The notes under the pieces are model-generated. The model saw only the letters and a list, made by a program, of their open reading frames with translations. It was not told the DNA's origin and made no database searches. DNA of 64,000 nt from Setoptus koraiensis (Eukaryota > Animalia > Arthropoda), in contig CM106586.1 of assembly GCA_048013815.1 (NCBI GenBank), forward strand, positions 23,684,001 through 23,748,000, read 5' to 3'. Position numbers and translations under genes: made by a program. How positions within the stretch are numbered: the stretch's first letter is position 1; each line of letters starts with the position of its first letter. Positions 57,606 to 64,000 of this stretch are shown here, in pieces.

Positions 57606-60600
57606 TTTTTTATGGGGTGGGGGGGGGGTGGGGGGGGTGGGGGGGGGGGGGGGTTGGTGGGTGTGTGGTGTGTGTGTGTGGGGTGTGGTGAGTGTTGGTG
57701 TGGGTGGTGTTGTGTGGGTTGGGTTGTGTGTGGGTGTTGTGTTGTGGTGTGTGGGTGGTGTGGTGTGTGGTGTGGTGTGTGTGGGGTGGTGTTTGGTGTG
57801 GGTGGGTGTTGTGTGGTGGGGTGTTGGGTTGGGGGTTGGTGTGTGTGGTGGGTGTGTGGTGGGGTGGTTTGTGGGGGGGGGGTGTGTGTGTGTGGGTGTG
57901 TGGTGGGTGTGGGTGGTGGGGGGTGGGTGTGTGGTTGGGGTGGTTGGGGGTGGGGTTTGTTGGTGTTTTGTGGTGGGGTTGGGGTGTGTTTGTGTGTGTG
58001 TGTGTGTGTTTGTTTTTGTTTGTTTGTGTGTTGTGGGGTGTGTTTGTTGTGTGTGGTTGGGTGTGTTGGTGTGTTTGTGTGTTGTGGGGTGTGTGTGGGT
58101 GTGGGGGTGTGTTTGTGTGGGTTTTGTTGTTGTTTGGGGTTTTGTGGGTGTGTGTGTGGGTTTTGGTTTTTTGTGGTGTGGGGTTTTTGTTTTTGTTGTG
58201 TGGTGGTGTGTGTTTTTGTGGGTTTGTGTTGTTTGTTTTTGTGGGTGTGGGTGTGGTTTTGGTTTTTTGGTTGTTTTGTTTGTTTTTTTTGGTGTTTTGT
58301 TTTGTTTGTTTTTGTTTTTGTTTGTGTTGGTTTTTTTTGTTTTGTGTTTGTTGTTTGGGTTTGTGTGTGTGTTTTTTGTTTTGTGTTGGTTTTTGTTTTG
58401 TTTTGTTGTTGTTTTTGTGTTTTTTTGGTTGTGTTTTGTGTGTTTTTGTTGTTTTTTTTTTTTTTTTTTGTTTTTGTTTTTTTTGTTGGTGGGTGTTGTT
58501 TTTGTGGTTGTTTTTTTTGTTTTTTTTTTTTTTTGTTTGTTTGTTTTTTGTTTTTTTTGGTGTTTGTTTTTTTGGTGTTTTTTGTTTTTTTTGTTTGTTT
58601 TTTTTTGTTTTTGTTTTTGTTTTTGTTGTTGGTTTTTTGTTGTGGTTTTGTTTTTTGTTTTTTTGTTTTGGTTTTTTTGTTTTTTGTTTGGTTTGTTTTT
58701 TTGTTTTTTTTTGTTTGTTGTTTGTTTTTGTTGTTTGTGTTGTTTGTTTTGTTTGGTGGTTTTTGTTGTTTGTGGTTTTGTTTTGTTGTTTTTTTTGTTT
58801 TTTTGTGTTTTTGTTTTTGTTTTTGTGTGTTTGTTTTGGTTGGTGTTTTTGTTTTTGTGTTGTTTTTGTGTTGTTTTTGTTTGTTTGTTTGTTTTGTTGT
58901 TTTTGGGGTGGTTGGTTTTTGTTTGGTTGTTTTTTGTTTTTTTTGTTTTTTTGTTTTGTTTTTTGTTTTTGTGTTTGGTTTGTTTTTTTTTGGGTTTTTT
59001 TTGTGTTTTTGTTTGTTTGTTTGGTTTTGTGTTTTGGTGTGTTTTTTGTTTGTTTTTGTGGTTTGTTTTTTGTTTTTTTTGTGTTTGTTTGTTGTTTTTG
59101 TTTTGTTTGGTTGTGTGTGTTTTTTTGTTTGTTTTTTTTGTTTTGTTGTTGGTTGTGTTTGTGGTTTTTGTTTGTTTGTTTTGTGTTGTTTGTTTTGTTT
59201 TTTGTTTTTGTTTGTTTGTTGGTTTTTTTGTTTGTATTTTTTTTTGTGTTGGTTTTTTTGTTTGTGTTTTTTGTTTTTTTTTTTTTGTTTTTTGTTTTTG
59301 TGTTTGTTTTTTTTGGTTTGTTTTTTTGGTTGTTTTGTTTTTGTTTTGTTTTGTTGTTTTTTTTTGTTGTTTTGTTGTTTTTTGTTTTGGTTTTGTTTTG
59401 TTGTGTTTGTTTTTTGGTTTTGTTGTTGTTTGTTTGTTTGTTTGTTTGTTTTTTGGTTGGGTTTTTTTTGTTTTGTGTTTTGTTTTTTTTGGTTTGTTGT
59501 TTGTTTTTTGTTTGTTTTGTTTTTTGTTTGTGTTGTTTGTTTGTGTTGTTTTTGGTTTTTTTTTGTTGTTTGGTTTTTTGTTGTGTTTTTGTTGTTGTTT
59601 TGTTTGTGTGGTTTGTTTGTTTTTGTTTGGTTGTTGTTTGTTTTTTGTTTTGTGTTTTTTTGTTTTGTTTGTTTGTTTTTTTGTTGTTTTGTTTTTTGTG
59701 TGTTTTTGTTTGTTTTTTTTTTGTTTGTTTGTGTTTGTTTTTTTGTTTTTTTTTTTTTTTGTTTTTTTTTTCTTTTTTGTTTTGTTGTTTTGTTTTTTTT
59801 TTTTTTGTTTTGTTGTTTTTTTTTTTTGTTTTTTTTTGTGTTTTTTTTTGTTTTTTTGTTTTTTTTGTTTTTTTTGTTTTTGTTTTTTTTGTTTTTGTGT
59901 GTTGTGTGTTTTTTGTTTTTTTTGTGTTTTTGTTTGTTGTTTTTTGTTGTTTTTTGTTGTTTGTTTGTTTTGGTTTTTTGTTTTTGGTTTGTTTGTTGTT
60001 GTTTTTGTTTTGGTTTTTTTTTGTTTGTTTGTTGTGTTTGTTGTGTTTTGTTGTGTTTGTTTTGTTTTTTTTTTTTTGTTTTTTTTTTGTTGTTTTTGTT
60101 TGGTTGGTTTTTTTTTTGTTTGTGTTTTTGTGTTTTGTTTTTTGTTGTTGTTTTTTTTTGTTGTTTGTTTTTTGTTGTTTTTTTTTGTTTTGTTTTTTGT
60201 TTTTTTTGTTGTTTGTTTTTTTTTGTTTTTTGTTTTTTGTGGTTTGTTTTTTGTTTTGGTTTTTTTTTGTTTCATTTGTTTTTTGTGTTTTTTTGTTTTT
60301 TGTGTTTTTTTGTTTTTTTTTTTTGTTTTTTTGTTGTGTTGTTTTTTTTGTGTGTTTTGTTGGTTGGTTTTTTTGTTTTTTGTTTTTTTGTTTTTTGTTT
60401 TTGTGTTTTTTTTTTTTTGTGTTTTGTTTGTGTTTTTTGTTGTGTTTGTTTTTTTTTTTTTTTTTTGTTTTTTTTTTTTTTGTTTTGTTTGTTTTTTTTT
60501 TTTTTGTTTTGTTTTTTGTGTTGTTTGTTTGTTGTTTTTGTTTTTGTTTTGGTTTTTTTGTTGTTTTTTTGTTTTGTTGTGTTTTTTGTTTTGGTTTGTT

Positions 60601-61621
60601 GTTTGTTTTGTTTGTTTTTTTTTGTGGTTTTTGTTGTTTGTTTGTTGTGTTTGTTGTGTTGTTTTGTGTTTTTGTGTTTTTTTTGTTTGGTTTTTTGTGT
60701 TTTGTTGTTTTTTTTTGTTTTTGTTTATTGTTTTTGTTTGTGTTTTTTGTTTTTTTGGTGTTTTGTTTTTTGTTGTTTTGTTTTTTTTTGTGTTTTTTGT
60801 TTTTTGTTTGTGTTTTGTTTTGTTTTTTTTTGTTGGTGTTGTTTGTTGTTTGTTGGTTTTGTTGTGTTTGTTTGTGTTGTTTTTGTTTTTGTGTTTTTGT
60901 TGTTGTTTTTGTTTGTTGTTTTGTTTTTTGTTTTTTTGTTTTGTGTTTTTGTTTGTTGTTTTTGTGTTTTTGTTTTGTTTTTGTTTTGTTTTTTTGTTTT
61001 TTTGTTGGTGTTTTTTTTTTTTGTTTTTGGATAGGGTTGGTATTGGTTGGTTGGTTTGGGTGGTTTTTTGTGCTTGGGGTGAGTTTAGTTTTTTTGTTGG
61101 TTGTTGTTTAGTTTTTTTTTTGTTGTGTGGGGGTTTTTTTTGGTTTTTTTTTTTGTTTTGTTTTTTTTTTTTGGGGTTGTTTTTTCTATTTTTTTTTTTG
61201 GTGGGGGCGGTGGGTTGTTGGGTGGGGGTTGTGTTTGGGGTGGTGTTTTTGGGGGGGGGGTTGGTGTTTTGGTTGGGGTGTGGGGGGGGGTGGGGGGGTG
61301 TTGGGTTGTGTTGGTGGGGGTGGGTGGGTGGGTGGTGGTTGTGGGGTGGGGTGGGTGTGCGGTTGTTGGGTTTTCTTGGGGCGGTGGGTGGGGTTTTTAG
61401 CGTTAAGGGGTGATGGGTGGGGGTTTGGGTTTGGTGGGTGCTGGGAGTGGGTTGTGGTTGTATGTGGCTAGTGTTGGGTTGGTTTTTGGTGGAGTGTAAT
61501 TATTTTTATTTTTATTCTTTAGATTTTTGTTTTTTTTTTTACTTTTTTCTTTGTTTTTTTGGTACTTTTTTATGCCTCATCCATTTTTAATGGGCAAACA
61601 ACACATCACATATGTTTATTT
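57411..61621 (+). repeat. G/T-only low-complexity tract, probably artefact
   Basis: Near absence of A and C, drifting composition, abuts an N gap. Confidence 0.8.
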
Positions 61622-62121
61622 NNNNNNNNNNNNNNNNNNNNNNNNNNNNNNNNNNNNNNNNNNNNNNNNNNNNNNNNNNNNNNNNNNNNNNNNNNNNNNN
61701 NNNNNNNNNNNNNNNNNNNNNNNNNNNNNNNNNNNNNNNNNNNNNNNNNNNNNNNNNNNNNNNNNNNNNNNNNNNNNNNNNNNNNNNNNNNNNNNNNNNN
61801 NNNNNNNNNNNNNNNNNNNNNNNNNNNNNNNNNNNNNNNNNNNNNNNNNNNNNNNNNNNNNNNNNNNNNNNNNNNNNNNNNNNNNNNNNNNNNNNNNNNN
61901 NNNNNNNNNNNNNNNNNNNNNNNNNNNNNNNNNNNNNNNNNNNNNNNNNNNNNNNNNNNNNNNNNNNNNNNNNNNNNNNNNNNNNNNNNNNNNNNNNNNN
62001 NNNNNNNNNNNNNNNNNNNNNNNNNNNNNNNNNNNNNNNNNNNNNNNNNNNNNNNNNNNNNNNNNNNNNNNNNNNNNNNNNNNNNNNNNNNNNNNNNNNN
62101 NNNNNNNNNNNNNNNNNNNNN
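61622..62121. other. Assembly gap, 500 N
   Basis: Run of exactly 500 N. Confidence 0.99.
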
Positions 62122-62561
62122 AGATGCACCAATCAATCTTCAGTTGTCAAGAGGACTTTACAACAAATTTTGATATTGCCATGCGATGAACAGCAAGTGA
62201 GTGGCATGCGAAGCCGACGAAATATTTTACAATTGTGTCCAACTTATGAAACGACTAGATTATCTAAAAGTTACTATGTACTACCGCAGTGGTCTTTTTT
62301 GTTAGACCTTTATAGAATTTAAATTCATCTTATATCACCAAAGCAAACTTCTTTGATGCAGGATTGACTTGAAGTCTGATTAAGGAGCTTTAGTCGTTAA
62401 TATACCTTAAACGATTTCGACAAACTGCTAGATGATGGAAAAAACATGTATTGTATTTGGAGCAGTGGATATACATACTTTGTGTATGATGAAAATGGTG
62501 ATGATAGTATGAGAAAAGGTGAATAAAATTAGATTCTAAAATAACAACTGTCTTTGAAAAA

Positions 62562-63461
62562 TCAACTACATTGTGTCTGCGTCATGGAAACACCATTAAC
62601 TGTGCGTGTAATGGTGCGACATGAATATCCCGAAGTATGGACATTGACATGGGCTTGATGGTTATTTCTGACCGATCGGAGCTCATCAAGGTTACCGAAA
62701 AATGATCTTCCGTCACCAAATTCTTCCGGTGAGATGACATTCCAACCATGGGTCGCTTGTTGATGCACACTATAATGATTACCGTGAGAAGAAAATGGAT
62801 TTCCTAGAAATTGCCACTCGTCGTCGTCCATATTGTGGAATAAATCGTCAAGATCGATGCCTCCAAATGAAGCTTTATGGTGGTATTGATGTTGTTGGTG
62901 GTGATACTGATGGTGCTGATGTGGATGGGCATGATCATGATGGTGCTGATGTGCATGATCGTGATGAAACGTATTATGTGGGGCATGCCTCATAAATTGG
63001 TCCTCGTACTGTCGAAAGAACTCATTTATGTCAAATTCGTTCATGTTGAAGCCTTGTGTTGACCATTGCTGACCTCCTGGCATGCTAGACCTATTATCGT
63101 ATTCTTTGCGTTTATTCTCATCTGATAGAGTTTCGTAAGCTTTAACAATCTTGATGAAATCATCTTGAGCATTCTTATCTTTGTTTTTGTCTGGATGGTA
63201 TTTCTTGGCTAATCGCCTAAATGCCTTTTGGATCTCTTGTTTCGTTGACTTTTTCTCTACTCCGAGAAGCGTATAGTAGTCATCTTCTGAGGCAATCACA
63301 CCCAAAATCAATTGGCCCGATGCACTTTGATCATTTTCCAAAATTCTTGATATCTGCTGATGTATGGGCTGGATTAACGTCATATAAAGTGTAAGACAGG
63401 TGAATATGTTTTGAGCAGTTTGAAATGAACCTGCCCGACTTGTCATGGCTGACAAGTGCAT
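62562..63461 (-). CDS. DNAJB9: DnaJ/Hsp40 co-chaperone DNAJB9 (ERdj4)-like, 299 aa
   Basis: J domain DYYTLLGV...YHPDKN...AYETLSDENKRKEYD, and C-terminal CRTITRTVNG..TQTQCS like DNAJB9. Confidence 0.8.
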   Translation of the reverse strand: MHLSAMTSRAGSFQTAQNIFTCLTLYMTLIQPIHQQISRILENDQSASGQLILGVIASEDDYYTLLGVEKKSTKQEIQKAFRRLAKKYHPDKNKDKNAQDDFIKIVKAYETLSDENKRKEYDNRSSMPGGQQWSTQGFNMNEFDINEFFRQYEDQFMRHAPHNTFHHDHAHQHHHDHAHPHQHHQYHHQQHQYHHKASFGGIDLDDLFHNMDDDEWQFLGNPFSSHGNHYSVHQQATHGWNVISPEEFGDGRSFFGNLDELRSVRNNHQAHVNVHTSGYSCRTITRTVNGVSMTQTQCS

Positions 63462-64000
63462 CTCGACTAGACTTGAATGTATTCAATTGTTCAGCAACTG
63501 TTCGAATAGGATCTTATAATCTTTTGTTTAATCCAGTTTCGTTTTGCTAAGGCCAATCATCTAGTAAAATCATCCGATCCTTTAATTATATTTGCACGTT
63601 TCATCTATTGCCTAGTTAGTTGTTTCGCGTCCATGATGTTTCAGCATTTCCAGAGTAAATTAATTTTTCTCTGTAGGTTCTTCAAAAATCCGCTGATTGG
63701 AGTAGAATTAATAACTGACGCAGAATAGAAGTGATGCACAACTGCTTTACAGTGTATCTAGTGAATAGGCTAAAGGCATCGGCACACCACACTCACGTTA
63801 ATCTGACGTGTATAAATGAAGGCACGCACTATTTGCGAGTATAATCATGAAAGTACGCAACTTGTTGTGAAAGACCTTCACCTGTTCCAGAGATCTCAAA
63901 GTGGAAGGAACGCAAACGATTGAATAATTGACTACATGCATCATGTAATATTAAAATGTTATAATAATTGTATCAGAAAGGCAGCATCAACCACAAAAGA

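Noticed and set aside
57414-61471. Long Phe/Val/Cys-rich and Lys/Thr/Asn-rich ORFs
   Set aside because: Same two-letter compositional artefact. All frames are open and there is no domain signal.
1-64000. rRNA, tRNA, CRISPR or prokaryotic/viral systems
   Set aside because: None seen by eye. The gene set and spliceosomal introns are eukaryotic.

Overview
Eukaryotic (metazoan) genomic scaffold with compact, intron-poor genes and short introns of about 90-115 nt. An arthropod such as a small-genome mite is my inference and cannot be proven from the window. Genes in order: MCM6 (partial), RECQL4, a truncated TRAPPC10, an orphan secreted protein, TM9SF3, an ABCA transporter, an ELOVL elongase, BTBD7, two DDAH-family copies, TOMM5-like and NCBP2AS2-like microproteins, an LRR membrane protein, MFF, SNAPC2-like, RCE1 and DNAJB9. 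About 17.5 kb is probably assembly artefact: an error-laden inverted copy of the ELOVL locus, three drifting two-letter low-complexity tracts and two 500-N gaps. The best observation is a 701-bp element at 44524-45224, built of two perfect 330-bp inverted arms and a 41-bp spacer. It is inserted precisely at CAA|TTC with no target-site duplication, and its empty site is visible in the neighbouring copy of a 5058-bp tandem amplification. This is Spy/PHIS-like behaviour. The amplified unit has DDAH as its only complete gene, and this DDAH appears to lack canonical catalytic residues. All coordinates and alignments were worked out by eye; no searches were run.
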